Assembly: GCA_963823665.1 (NCBI GenBank)
Contig: CAWGMQ010000004.1
Location: forward strand, 2,176,001-2,240,000
Direction: 5' to 3'
Source of the DNA: an uncultured Planctomycetota bacterium
GTDB lineage: Bacteria; Planctomycetota; Planctomycetia; Isosphaerales; Isosphaeraceae
DNA: 64,000 bases
Part shown: one piece after another, positions 51,121 to 61,329 of the stretch
Layout: the number at the start of each line of letters is the position of its first letter
How positions within the stretch are numbered: the first letter of the stretch is position 1
Translations under genes and position numbers: made by a program
Notes under the pieces: model-generated
The model's database searches: none
What the model was told of the DNA's origin: nothing
Seen by the model: the letters and a program-made list of their open reading frames with translations, nothing else

Positions 51121-51897
51121 ATGCCTACCGGTATACGCATCGCTGGCGAATTCTGCTGGTTCAACATCTTGACGCCGCAGCCGGTTTTGGCACGCGAGTT
51201 CTTCTCCACAGTCCTCGGTTGGACGTACACCGAGATACCCGGAATGGGCCATCGCGCTCAGGTCCTCGGCTGCGATGTTGGCGGTATCTTCGACTTGGCC
51301 GGTCCAAGTGCTTCTCCCGGCACGCTACCGCACATGGGCGGCCTGGTGAAGGTTGCGAGTGCCGATTCAACCGTCGAGAAGGTCTTGGCACTCGGTGGCC
51401 AGGCATCTCCAGCATTCGACATCGCAGACCAAGGCCGCATCGCCGCATGCACTGATCCGAGTGGTGTCAGGTTTACGATATGGGAGCCCAACACATTTCT
51501 GGGCACCGACGTCGACAGCACGCTACACGGCGCTCCGAGCTGGTTCGAGGCGTTGACGACTGACGTCGACCGCGCAATGAATTTCTACGCCGGTGTGTTT
51601 GGCTGGATCCCCGAGCCAATGACACCGGTACCGCCGGCTTCGATCAACTACACCCTATTCAAGCTGAGCGGCGCACCCGTAGCGGGAATGCTGCAGATCA
51701 CACCCAGGATGGAAGGCATCTCACCGCACTGGGTAACCTATTTCACGGTGGATGACGCTGACGAGGCTGTGCAACTGGCAGTGCAGCTCGGCGCCAGCAT
51801 CTACATGACCATGAAGGAAGCCCCAGGCGTCGGCCGTTTCTGCGGCATCACGTCACCGCAGGGCGTCACGTTTTACGTGATCCAATACCCTCGCTGA
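51121..51897 (+). CDS. VOC/glyoxalase family protein (two domains)
   Basis: GEFCWFNILT..AREFFSTVLGW and PSWFEALTTDVDRAMNFYAGVFGW repeats. Confidence 0.9.
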   Translation: MPTGIRIAGEFCWFNILTPQPVLAREFFSTVLGWTYTEIPGMGHRAQVLGCDVGGIFDLAGPSASPGTLPHMGGLVKVASADSTVEKVLALGGQASPAFDIADQGRIAACTDPSGVRFTIWEPNTFLGTDVDSTLHGAPSWFEALTTDVDRAMNFYAGVFGWIPEPMTPVPPASINYTLFKLSGAPVAGMLQITPRMEGISPHWVTYFTVDDADEAVQLAVQLGASIYMTMKEAPGVGRFCGITSPQGVTFYVIQYPR

Positions 51898-51900
51898 CAT

Positions 51901-52740
51901 TTATTGAGGTGCCGCGGAAAATCCCTCAGCGGTGACGAGAATAGGCTTTCGAAACAGCGGGGCGCCTGCCGCATTTCTTGCAAGCTTGGTCAGACTGTTC
52001 CAGTCGCCATCCTTTGGCGCCTGCACGAGAACGAGTGTGTCTCGATCGGGAATCATCGCGGCAAGCGTCTCACCGCACTTCAAAGACTCTGGGACGAGGA
52101 GCAATCTGGCAGCATCGTAGCTATCAAGCGACTTGACGACGTTCAGATTCGGCTTTTCCACGGCACTACGAACGAGCTCGCTATCGAATGATCGACCGAG
52201 GTTCTCTTTCGCGAGCGTGAGCGCAGCAGCAGGCGATTCAAGGCCCAGCTCAGAAAGCTGCGAGCTGGTGAGGTAGGCCACGCTGTTCTTGCTGTCCAGC
52301 ACAAAAACAACGGACAGGTCTTCCACACCGAGTGGAACACCCGGCACCTCGGCTGTTAATTGTCGATTCAAGCCGGCAAGAACATTCGCAGTGACGATCC
52401 GTGGCATGACTTTTCGCTGGTCGTCCGGCCCGAGGTGAGCAAGTGATTCTCCCTCTGATAAGGTGGCAATAACGATGTCAAAGAGCGCTTCGCGTCCTTG
52501 CGCGTCTTGCGGTGCATCACGGTAAATTCGATTCAGGAACAGGGTTCCAAGGTCTTCGCCGGAATCACGCTGCAGCATGAGAGCTGTGCTTGTTTCACGA
52601 ATGATGGTCAGATCTGGCCGTTTCTCCGCCAGATAGGCGCGAAACTCACGTCGCAACCCTGTTCGACGAGTAAACATGGCAGTCAGACCCAAGGCCACGA
52701 ACCCGCCGAGACCAATCATTAACCAAAAGAGGATCGTCAT
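51901..52740 (-). CDS. Hypothetical protein with N-terminal membrane anchor (DUF1444-like C-terminus)
   Basis: VVFVLDS..VAYLT, LAKENL, DSYDAARLLL, AMIPDRDTL pattern. Confidence 0.65.
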   Translation of the reverse strand: MTILFWLMIGLGGFVALGLTAMFTRRTGLRREFRAYLAEKRPDLTIIRETSTALMLQRDSGEDLGTLFLNRIYRDAPQDAQGREALFDIVIATLSEGESLAHLGPDDQRKVMPRIVTANVLAGLNRQLTAEVPGVPLGVEDLSVVFVLDSKNSVAYLTSSQLSELGLESPAAALTLAKENLGRSFDSELVRSAVEKPNLNVVKSLDSYDAARLLLVPESLKCGETLAAMIPDRDTLVLVQAPKDGDWNSLTKLARNAAGAPLFRKPILVTAEGFSAAPQ

Positions 52741-53013
52741 TTAGCGTTCTTCATGGCTCGAAAGGCGGCAACTCAGGCGAGAGCTGAGTTGGGCATGGGA
52801 GTGCTCGATCCCGTCTACGAGGCATCTTCAACAAGATCCTAAACAATTGGTAGGGTAATCCACCATCTGGTAAACTGAATCCGGAAGAATCTGCGCAAAA
52901 AACCGAACAAAACGCCACTCTCATGGCGTAATGTTTGGCGGAGCCGTGCGCACATTTTCAAACAAGTAGCTCATGCCGCTTTGATCTCAGTCCGCGATTT
53001 CCCGCCCTAGCGA

Positions 53014-55002
53014 TTGATCGCCGACGTTGGAGGCCTGTCCTTGTTTGCCGGACCGATCATCGCCCGCGAGGTTTTGACGGCCCCTCGGCCGCTGCGCTAT
53101 TACCTTTGGCGAGCGTCTTTCTCCTGTTTTCTGTTCATCCTGTTGTGGACCGCCTGGCAGTCGATCATGGGCTGGCAGGATGTACGCGAGCTGGGCGTCA
53201 TGGCCCGGTTCGGCGGTATCCTCTATGTCATGTTTGCAATGCTCCAGTTGACGCTCATGCTCTTCTTCGCGCCTCTGTTCACGGCGGCGGCAATCTCCTA
53301 CGAGAAAGACCGGCGAACGTTTACACTCCTCTTGATGACGGATCTCTCGGATCTGGAGATCGTGCTCGGAAAACTCGTTGCGGGGCTTTTGAACATCCTG
53401 ATGATCCTGGCCGCCAGTATCGGTCTGGTATCTCTCTGTGCGTTATTTGGCGGGATCTCGTTCGGCCAGGTCGTGAATCTCTTCGCCGTGACTGCCGCAT
53501 CCGGCGTGGCGGGAGGTGCCCTCGGGCTCTTGATCGCGCTCTGGCGTGACCGAACCTTTCAGTCGATCTCGCTGACGATTCTGATGGTGGTGTTCTCCGT
53601 CGCCGGAGTCGAGTTGTTCGCTTACTTTTGGCCCAAACTCACGGTGATGAACGTCCCGCTCGCTCAAGTCCTCAATCCTTATCGTGCGATGCTTGCGGTC
53701 CTCTATCCCGACAGTTCACAGCTTCACGCAGTTGTCCGAGCAACCAGCGTGGTCTACATAGGGGCAAGATTGACATTTGCGGCTGTGCTCGTTGCGTTCG
53801 GAACCTTTATGCTTCGAGTGTGGAACCCGGGCAAGAACGAACCGCGCGAACTTCGCGAGGGAGCTGAAGCCGAGGGAATCGAGACTCTCGTCGAGGTTGC
53901 AGAGGAAGACGCCGAGATTAGAGCGACAGTTGGCCGAGCAAAGGTCGAAGCAAGTGCGGCCGCAGGCCAAAACGGTGCAGGATTTGATAGAGGGGGTGGC
54001 GTGGCCGTCGCTTCGAAAGAGCTGCCCCCGGCTCCGCACGAGATCGGCCTACCTGGCAAGGAATCTCCTACGACCGGCCTCCACGTGCCCAGGCGAACGC
54101 ACCGTCGGATCGCCGCTGCCCCAAAACGGTATCGCCAGCCGTGGTCTAACCCGATCCTGTGGCGCGAGTTGATGACCCGTGCTTACGGAGCCAAGCCTCT
54201 GATCATCAAGGGGTGCTACATCCTGCTCTTTGCGCTCGGAATGGGCTTTTTCACCGTCCTGGGAGCGGAGATGGAAAACCCGCTCACATCCGGCCTGGCG
54301 CTGATTCCGATCGGCCTGACCATTCTGAGCCTGATTCTCGTGAATGCGCAGGGCGTCACGGCACTGACCAGCGAGCGCGACACCGGCGCGCTTGATTTAC
54401 TTCTGGTGTCCGAGCTCACTCCCAAGGAGTTCATCTACGGCAAGCTCTACGGAATTCTGTACAACAGCAAGGAGATGATCGCCCTCCCCGTCATCACGGC
54501 AATCGTCATGGCGTTCATGGGAATGCTCAGCGGCGAAAACCTGATGTTTTTCCTGATTGACTTCCTTCTCTTGTGCCATTTCTCCGCGATGCTCGGTCTT
54601 CACGCAGCCATCACATACACCAGCAGCCGGACCGCCGTGGCCCACAGCTTGGGTACCATCTTCTTCCTGATGGTCGGCATTTTGCTGTGTGCGTTCCTGA
54701 TCATGCTCAACCGCCAGGAGGTCGCTCGACAGCTTCTCTCCTTCATGATCTTCATCGGTGCCGGCAGCGTGGCCCTCTTCGGCTCGATGGGTGCCAAGAA
54801 TCCGTCTCGCGCCATCGCCTTGGTTGCAATCCTCACCCCGTTCTGGACGTTCTACTGCATCACCAGCCTTTTAAACGGAGACCTCCTGGCGGCCTTCCTG
54901 GTCAGCGCTGGAATCTACGGCTTCGCCTTGCTGGCGATGCTCGTTCCCGCCGTCGGCGATTTCGACATCGCCCTGGGCCGAACCAACGCAATCCAGGGAT
55001 AA
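53014..55002 (+). CDS. ABC-2 type transporter permease (duplicated domain)
   Basis: AISYEKDRRTFTLLLMTDLS..IVLGKL and LTSERDTGALDLLLVSELT..GKL; NPILWREL. Confidence 0.88.
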   Translation: MIADVGGLSLFAGPIIAREVLTAPRPLRYYLWRASFSCFLFILLWTAWQSIMGWQDVRELGVMARFGGILYVMFAMLQLTLMLFFAPLFTAAAISYEKDRRTFTLLLMTDLSDLEIVLGKLVAGLLNILMILAASIGLVSLCALFGGISFGQVVNLFAVTAASGVAGGALGLLIALWRDRTFQSISLTILMVVFSVAGVELFAYFWPKLTVMNVPLAQVLNPYRAMLAVLYPDSSQLHAVVRATSVVYIGARLTFAAVLVAFGTFMLRVWNPGKNEPRELREGAEAEGIETLVEVAEEDAEIRATVGRAKVEASAAAGQNGAGFDRGGGVAVASKELPPAPHEIGLPGKESPTTGLHVPRRTHRRIAAAPKRYRQPWSNPILWRELMTRAYGAKPLIIKGCYILLFALGMGFFTVLGAEMENPLTSGLALIPIGLTILSLILVNAQGVTALTSERDTGALDLLLVSELTPKEFIYGKLYGILYNSKEMIALPVITAIVMAFMGMLSGENLMFFLIDFLLLCHFSAMLGLHAAITYTSSRTAVAHSLGTIFFLMVGILLCAFLIMLNRQEVARQLLSFMIFIGAGSVALFGSMGAKNPSRAIALVAILTPFWTFYCITSLLNGDLLAAFLVSAGIYGFALLAMLVPAVGDFDIALGRTNAIQG

Positions 55003-55015
55003 TTCTCTGTTGAAT

Positions 55016-55128
55016 TGTAGCAGGCACACTCCGTGTGCCGCCCGCCAAGAGCTTTAGAAGGCTAGCAATGACCCACCCCGTGCTCTTATTGTAGCAGGCA
55101 CACTCCGTGTGCCGCCCGCCAAAAGCTT
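55016..55128. repeat. Two GTAG-type REP palindromes in tandem (74-bp period)
   Basis: GTAGCA-GGCACAC-TCC-GTGTGCC-gcccgccaa at 55017 and 55091. Confidence 0.88.
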
Positions 55129-55176
55129 TGCAATGGCAGCACCGGCCCGACCAATGCCTTCTCAAGGATCAGCGAG

Positions 55177-58100
55177 ATGACTTCTAGGATGATCGCCGCG
55201 AAGCGAGAGCCGCAACAATCACGGCGTTTGATCAAACTTTTGCTAGGGCTAGTTTTGACCAGCCTCGCGGTCGGCGCTAGGGCTCAAGATGATGAGCTCG
55301 CCAAGGAACTCCCCCGTATCTCACCGCGATCGCCGGCCGAGGCCATGAAATCGTTCCGGCTTCATGACGGCTTCCACCTGGAAGCCGTGGCCGTTGAGCC
55401 AATGGTCATGAATCCCGTCAGCGTTTGCTACGACGCCCACGGCCGTCTGTACGTCGTCGAGATGCGAGGCTATCCCTTTCCGGAGAAGAACCCCAGCGGC
55501 CGGGTGACGCGCCTCGAGGATCGTGATGGCGACGGACGGTTCGAGACGCGAACAGTTTTTCTGGATGGTCTCTCATGGCCGACGGGAATTGTTCCTTATT
55601 CAGGAGGTATCTTCGTCGCCGTCGCGCCGGAGATCATCTACGCCAAAGACACGAACGATGACGGAATCGCCGACGTCCGGAACATGATGTTCACCGGTTT
55701 CGGAACCGACAACGTTCAGGGGCTCTTGAACGGGCTGCTATGGGGTCCAGACGGTTGGATTTACGGTGTCGCGAGCGTGAATGGCGGCATCATTCAAAAT
55801 CGATCCCGGCCTCAGGATGCGCCCGTGTCTGTCCGAGGGCGTGACTTCCGCTTCAAGCCGGATGGCTCGGCGTTTGAAGCGATCTCCGGCGGTGGACAAT
55901 TCGGGCACTCGTTCGATGACTGGGGCCATCGATTCACATGCAGCAACAGTAACCACATCCGCCAGATCGTACTCCCTTCTCATTATCTCGAGCGCAATCC
56001 AGACCTGATCCCACCACCCGTTGTTCTCGACATTGCCGCCGAAGGGCCCGCCTCGCCTGTCTACCGCATCAGTCCCCCGGAGCCGTGGCGAGTAGTGCGA
56101 ACTCGCCAGCGAGTCGCTGATCCTGCCATGTTGCGGCGACTGCCCAGAACCGAGTTATTTGCAACCGGCTTTTTTACATCCGCAACCGGGCTCACTATCT
56201 ACCGCGGCTCGGCTTACCCACCGGAATACCGTGGTAACGCCTTCGTCGGCGACGTCGGGGGCAATTTGATTCATCGCAAGGTCCTTGAACTGGATGGACC
56301 TACCTACCGCGCCCATCGAGCCGATCAGAAGATCGAGTTTCTCGCCTCGACCGACAACTGGTTTCGTCCCGTGAATTTCGCCAATACGCCCGAGGGAACA
56401 CTGCTTATCCTCGACATGTATCGCGAAACGATCGAGCACCCGGTATCGATACCAGAGCCGATCAAGAAGCACCTCGATTTGACCAGTGGACGCGATCGCG
56501 GCCGCCTTTATGCACTGGTTTATTCCCCTGAGCAAGCACCAGAGCGCAGGCGCAACCGTACGAAGCCAGGCAGCTCGAGCGTGGCCGAGCTTGTCACACT
56601 TCTGGCCGACCCTGATGCATGGTGGCGTGAGACAGCCCAGCGGCTGCTGTTCGAGCGTCAGGATCGCTCGGCTCTCTCGTTGCTGCATGCGATGGTCCGT
56701 GAACGGCCGAATGCTCTAGGTCGCCTGCACGCGATCTGGACACTCGAGTTACTCAGAGCGTTGGATGCCGGCTCAATCAAGATCGGCCTGGCCGACCCGG
56801 AGCCACGGGTACGTGAAGCCACGATCCGCCTGGCGGAGGCCCGGCTGGCACGTGATCCAGATCTGCTTGATAAGACCCTTGCACTGGCTTTTGACCCGGA
56901 TCCCATGGTGCGTTTTCAACTCGCCTTCTCCCTCGGCGGGCTCAAGAACGACGCTCGTGTGCTATACGCGCTCCAGTCGATTGCGAGGAAAGACAGTGCC
57001 ACCCAGTGGACGCGCACGGCTGTGCTTTGCGCCATCGCCGGCGCCCCACTCCCTTTCCTCGACCTCCTCGCAAAGAACGATGCCTTCCTCGCGAGCAGTT
57101 CGGGCCAGATCTGGATCGACGAGTTGGCGTTCCTCGTTGGGTGTGGGCGAAAGTCGGATGATGCAAGTAGATTGCTTGACCGGCTGCGTGTCGCGGGTGT
57201 GAGTTCCGGCGGCCTGATGCGTGCGTTACTGGCACTTGGACGTGGCCAGACACGCAAGGGTGGCTCATTCGAGTCGTTGGTTGCCTCGGATTCATTGCCG
57301 CCAGCCAGGAAGCTCTTGGCCGAGGCTGCCGACGTCACTGTTACCGGACGTTTGGTCGAGGACCGCCTCGCTGCGATCCGACTGCTTGGCCTCGGTGATC
57401 CGAAGACGGCTCGCCGGCTGCTTCCTCAGTTGCTTGCCGCACGCGAGCCGACAGCGATTCAACTTGCAGTGCTACAGACGATGAACGGCTTTCTGGACCG
57501 ATCCGTCGCTGCTGAGATCCTCAACCGGTGGAAAACCATGAGCCCATCGGTCCGTCGTGAGGCCGTTGAGGTACTCGTTGGCCGGCCGGAAGGGATCGAG
57601 GCTATGTTGGATGCCATGGAGTCGCGCTCGATTGCCCCATCTGAGGTTGACCTCGCCCGACTGCGCCAGTTGGAGACACACTCGAATTCCAGATTCCAGA
57701 GTCGTGTCCGGAAGATTCTGGCATCAGGTGCCGTACCATCACGAGATCGCGCTCAGGTGGTAAGCACATACCGCCCGGCGCTGAGCATCACGGGCAACCG
57801 CGATCGGGGCCGCGAGATCTTTGCTAAGGTCTGTGCGACGTGTCATCAAGCTGAGGGCCACGGAATCGACATTGGTCCGAACCTCGCAACGGTTACCGGC
57901 CGCTCGCCTGAAGACTTGCTGGTGCACATTCTGGACCCGAATCGCGAGGTGGCTCCAAACTTCGTGAATTACAACATAGCCACCGTGCAGGGCCGTCTGA
58001 TCTCGGGAATCATTGTCGAAGAAACGGCCAGCGCAATTGTTCTCAAGCGGTCGGAGGGCGCAACCGACACGATCCCCAGGGAGCAGATTGATCAGGTGCA

Positions 58101-58218
58101 ATCAACCGGGCTTTCGCTGATGCCAGAAGGCCTGGAGAAGGTCCTGACGGTCCCCGAGTTTGCCGATCTGATCGCCTTTGTCAGAACGATCCGCCCAACG
58201 GCCGCGCCGGCGAAATAG
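55177..58218 (+). CDS. PVC-type membrane-bound dehydrogenase-like protein with HEAT repeats and a C-terminal heme c (CxxCH) domain
   Basis: GRLYVVEMRGYP, WGPDGWIY, FDDWGHRF, WFRPVN, WWRETAQRLL, CATCH, SLMPEGLE. Confidence 0.92.
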   Translation: MTSRMIAAKREPQQSRRLIKLLLGLVLTSLAVGARAQDDELAKELPRISPRSPAEAMKSFRLHDGFHLEAVAVEPMVMNPVSVCYDAHGRLYVVEMRGYPFPEKNPSGRVTRLEDRDGDGRFETRTVFLDGLSWPTGIVPYSGGIFVAVAPEIIYAKDTNDDGIADVRNMMFTGFGTDNVQGLLNGLLWGPDGWIYGVASVNGGIIQNRSRPQDAPVSVRGRDFRFKPDGSAFEAISGGGQFGHSFDDWGHRFTCSNSNHIRQIVLPSHYLERNPDLIPPPVVLDIAAEGPASPVYRISPPEPWRVVRTRQRVADPAMLRRLPRTELFATGFFTSATGLTIYRGSAYPPEYRGNAFVGDVGGNLIHRKVLELDGPTYRAHRADQKIEFLASTDNWFRPVNFANTPEGTLLILDMYRETIEHPVSIPEPIKKHLDLTSGRDRGRLYALVYSPEQAPERRRNRTKPGSSSVAELVTLLADPDAWWRETAQRLLFERQDRSALSLLHAMVRERPNALGRLHAIWTLELLRALDAGSIKIGLADPEPRVREATIRLAEARLARDPDLLDKTLALAFDPDPMVRFQLAFSLGGLKNDARVLYALQSIARKDSATQWTRTAVLCAIAGAPLPFLDLLAKNDAFLASSSGQIWIDELAFLVGCGRKSDDASRLLDRLRVAGVSSGGLMRALLALGRGQTRKGGSFESLVASDSLPPARKLLAEAADVTVTGRLVEDRLAAIRLLGLGDPKTARRLLPQLLAAREPTAIQLAVLQTMNGFLDRSVAAEILNRWKTMSPSVRREAVEVLVGRPEGIEAMLDAMESRSIAPSEVDLARLRQLETHSNSRFQSRVRKILASGAVPSRDRAQVVSTYRPALSITGNRDRGREIFAKVCATCHQAEGHGIDIGPNLATVTGRSPEDLLVHILDPNREVAPNFVNYNIATVQGRLISGIIVEETASAIVLKRSEGATDTIPREQIDQVQSTGLSLMPEGLEKVLTVPEFADLIAFVRTIRPTAAPAK

Positions 58219-58223
58219 GCTGA

Positions 58224-58322
58224 GCTGGTTGAAAACGTGCGATCTAAAGGAAGGAGCGTTGATTCCCCGCCGCCGACCTTGCGCAATGCTTTCCCCCCCC
58301 CTAAAAAGGGGGTTGGGGGGGT
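58224..58322. repeat. MITE-like dispersed element, copy 2 (between convergent genes; hairpin may act as a terminator)
   Basis: gctggttgaaaacg...aaggagcg..ttccccgccgc..ctttcccccccctaaaaagggggttggggggg. Confidence 0.6.
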
Positions 58323-58352
58323 GCATTCCGGATTCCGGCCGCCCATCGCCAA

Positions 58353-60431
58353 TCACTGCCCCGCGATGCGGGCACGCTCGGGGGCAGCCGCAGAGAGAAC
58401 CTTCGAGCCAAGGGTCAAGTAGTCGCACACGATGTGAATAACCTCGTCGTTGTAGAAATCGGAGGTCCACACCTCGCGCTCGGTGAACTTCTTCTTCTTG
58501 AGGGCCTTCTTGGCCTTTTCCTCGGCGGCTTTTTCTTCGGGATCCTCAGGCACGTATTCCGATCGGAACTTCGCCTCATTGAGCGAGATCGAATGCCGGG
58601 CCTTGCGCTCGATGAACTTCTGGATCTGCTCGTCGAGCTTCTTGAATTTGGGGTCGGCTTTCCGGCGTTCGACTGACCGCTTTTCAAGGGTTGCGACTAA
58701 GTCAGCGGGAACCCGGTGATAATCATCGTGCGGCAAGTCGCCCACTTTGTCGAACTTGAAGGCGTTGTCCATCTTCCCCTCGCCAAAGTCCCGGTGGTCG
58801 TTCATCGAAGGAATGTGGATGTGGGGAGGGACACCATTGATCTGCGTGCTCTCGCCGTTGGCGCGGTAGAACTGCTGAATGGTCAGCTTGAGAACGCCTC
58901 GGTTATTCGATGAACCAGTCCGGCCACGTCGCGTGTGCTCGCCGATCATCACGATCTGCTGGACCGTGCCTTTGCCGAAAGTGCTCGAATCGCCGATAAT
59001 CAAACCTCGGTTGTAATCGCGGATCACGCCCGCGAAGATCTCCGAAGCGCTCGCACTGAACTTGTCGATCAGCACGATGAGCGGGCCATCCCAGGCGGTT
59101 CCTTCCTCGTCATCGTCGTGATGCCGTATGCCCACCGACTCCTTCACCTGAACAACCGGGCCGGTGTCGATGAAGAGCCCCGACATGGTCTTGGCTTCAT
59201 CGAGCAGGCCTCCGCCGTTCTGGCGAAGATCGACCACAGCCGCGTCGACGCCGTCGGCGCGATACTGCGTCAAGATCCTGCGGCAGTCGGTGGTCGCACT
59301 CACGGCGTCTTGGTCGCCACGGAGGATGGCGGTTGTGTCGCCGTAGAAGGCAGGCAGACTGATGATCCCGATCTTCAGGGCCTTGCCGTTATCAGCCTTG
59401 GCCTCGATCACCTTGCTCTTGGCATGCTGTTCCTTCAGCTCGATTTTCTGGCGAGTCAGCTCGTAGATGCGTTTTTCCTTGGTTCCGTCCGGCTGGACAA
59501 TGAGGCGCACTTTGGTGTTTTTCGGCCCGCGAATGTAGCGGACGACATCGTTGAGCTTCTTCTCGACCAGGTCGATCGTTTCGCCGTCCTTCTCGACGCC
59601 GATGATCTTGTCTTCTGGCTGAAGCCGGCCGTCCTTGTCAGCAGCCATCCCGGGCACGATCTCCGTCACAATCGCATAGCCGTCCTCGGACCGAAGCTGG
59701 GCGCCGATTCCCTCGAGCGAAAGGTGGAGCTGCTGGTTGTACATGTCCTCCCAATCCTTGGGCCCCAGATACGCAGAGTGGGGATCAAAGGTCTTGGCGA
59801 GGTTCGTCAAGTAGGCTTGGAGCAGCTCGCTCGAATCAATCTGGTGTGCTTGCCTGTTACGATCGCGATAACGAATCGTCCACTTCTTCACAGCCTCTTC
59901 GTCGCTGACATCCTCGACGACTTTCGAGTAAAGCAAGTCAAATTTGACTTTCTTGCGCAGCCGGGCATCGGCTTCGGCATTATCAACCGGGAAATTAATT
60001 TTCTCGGAGTCGTCTGAAAGATACTCGTCAACCGTGAAGTCGTGCTTTTCCTTCAGCAGGTTCATCTGTGTCTTGAATCGCTCGTCCTGACGCGTCAAAT
60101 AGCGAGCAAGCACCTTCTTGGCAAAATCGACGTTCCCGTCTTTGATCTGGTCGTCCAGCGTGCTCGCTTCCTTCTTGAACTCTTCAACATCAGCTTTGAG
60201 GAAGTAATATTTGGCCGGATCCAGTTCCTTGATGAAGTTGTCGCACCACTTGACCGCAATTGCGTCGTCGATCTGAGGACGAGCGATGTGCAGCCGCTCG
60301 AGAAGCTGGACGACAACGCGCGCAGTTTCCTGATCTTCCGACTGCGGGCCAGGAGCCTGAGCCCCGACCACCACCGCCATCAAAGCCAGGATCGCGACTA
60401 GAACCAATGGTCGAAATGCGACTCGGGGCAT
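58353..60431 (-). CDS. prc: Carboxy-terminal processing (tail-specific) protease, Prc/Tsp-like S41
   Basis: LDPAKYYFL, FDPHSAY, LEGIGAQL, IRGPKNTKVRL, DLRQNGGGLL, SASASEIFAG, TFGKGTVQ. Confidence 0.9.
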   Translation of the reverse strand: MPRVAFRPLVLVAILALMAVVVGAQAPGPQSEDQETARVVVQLLERLHIARPQIDDAIAVKWCDNFIKELDPAKYYFLKADVEEFKKEASTLDDQIKDGNVDFAKKVLARYLTRQDERFKTQMNLLKEKHDFTVDEYLSDDSEKINFPVDNAEADARLRKKVKFDLLYSKVVEDVSDEEAVKKWTIRYRDRNRQAHQIDSSELLQAYLTNLAKTFDPHSAYLGPKDWEDMYNQQLHLSLEGIGAQLRSEDGYAIVTEIVPGMAADKDGRLQPEDKIIGVEKDGETIDLVEKKLNDVVRYIRGPKNTKVRLIVQPDGTKEKRIYELTRQKIELKEQHAKSKVIEAKADNGKALKIGIISLPAFYGDTTAILRGDQDAVSATTDCRRILTQYRADGVDAAVVDLRQNGGGLLDEAKTMSGLFIDTGPVVQVKESVGIRHHDDDEEGTAWDGPLIVLIDKFSASASEIFAGVIRDYNRGLIIGDSSTFGKGTVQQIVMIGEHTRRGRTGSSNNRGVLKLTIQQFYRANGESTQINGVPPHIHIPSMNDHRDFGEGKMDNAFKFDKVGDLPHDDYHRVPADLVATLEKRSVERRKADPKFKKLDEQIQKFIERKARHSISLNEAKFRSEYVPEDPEEKAAEEKAKKALKKKKFTEREVWTSDFYNDEVIHIVCDYLTLGSKVLSAAAPERARIAGQ

Positions 60432-60864
60432 GGAGTTCTGTTCCTGATTTGAGATCCACTCGATCTGATCAGAGTCCAAACTCAGTCCGTTTTATCTTAG
60501 CCGTGAAATCATTAGGGGACAAGGGCATCAATGGCCTTCAAGCAGCCGGCTCGGCATGACCGAACCACGGGCCGTAACAGCTTTTGGTAGCTAAGAGTCC
60601 ACAATCCGAGTCAAATAGCCAACCTGATCTTCGGATTTTTCGATACGGTTTGACCAATCTTCTCGATGTGAAACCCCACTTCCCAGGCCGCACAATTTAT
60701 TCCCTGTTCATCATCTTTACGTTTCCCAGCTACAAGAGTTCGCCAGCTTACAAAGGGAAAGCGATCGTGAAGCCGAATTATATCAAGTCGACGCGATTTT
60801 TCGTCGATCTTTACGATTACGACTTCCTGTTCTGCATCGAAGCGAATTCTGACAGTCGAACGCC

Positions 60865-61329
60865 ATGAGCCGTCAAGCAGGACCTAGCATTCTCTTGAGC
60901 GTACTGATCGTGTGCTTCTTCGCCGTCGCCCTGTTTCAGCGCGACCTGCCGCGCACACAGATGAACCGGCCCCGCTCATCTCTTCGGAAGCCGGGAGCTG
61001 GCCCTGCTGTACCCTCAGCCCTACCAGCTACGCGCAGGGCGTCAAGCGATGGTCCGGCGCGTTAAAATGCGGAGACCCGAGCAAATAAGTCCAGCAGGCC
61101 GAAGCCAGTTTCTCCGCACGCACCTCGATCGGCGTTCACGGTCACTCTGCCCAGGGAAACCATCGAGGATGTCGCGTCTCGGGTCTACGGCACGATCGAT
61201 TTGGCCGACTCGCTCTGGCGAGCGAATCGCGATGCCTTACCGAAGCGGAATATGGTCCTGTCGGCCGGAATGCTGCTGCGCACTCCCAATATTCCGCCGG
61301 TTCAAGCTCAAACGGCGCTGCGGAAGTAG
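60865..61329 (+). pseudogene. LysM-like domain protein interrupted by an in-frame TAA at 61063-61065
   Basis: N-terminal TM; the same frame continues after the stop into FTVTLPRETIEDVASRVYG..LWRANRD..LSAGMLLRTP. Confidence 0.75.

Noticed and set aside
3488..60431. Two S41 proteases as a linked system
   Set aside because: They are 53 kb apart and of different subtypes; multiple S41 paralogues are ordinary
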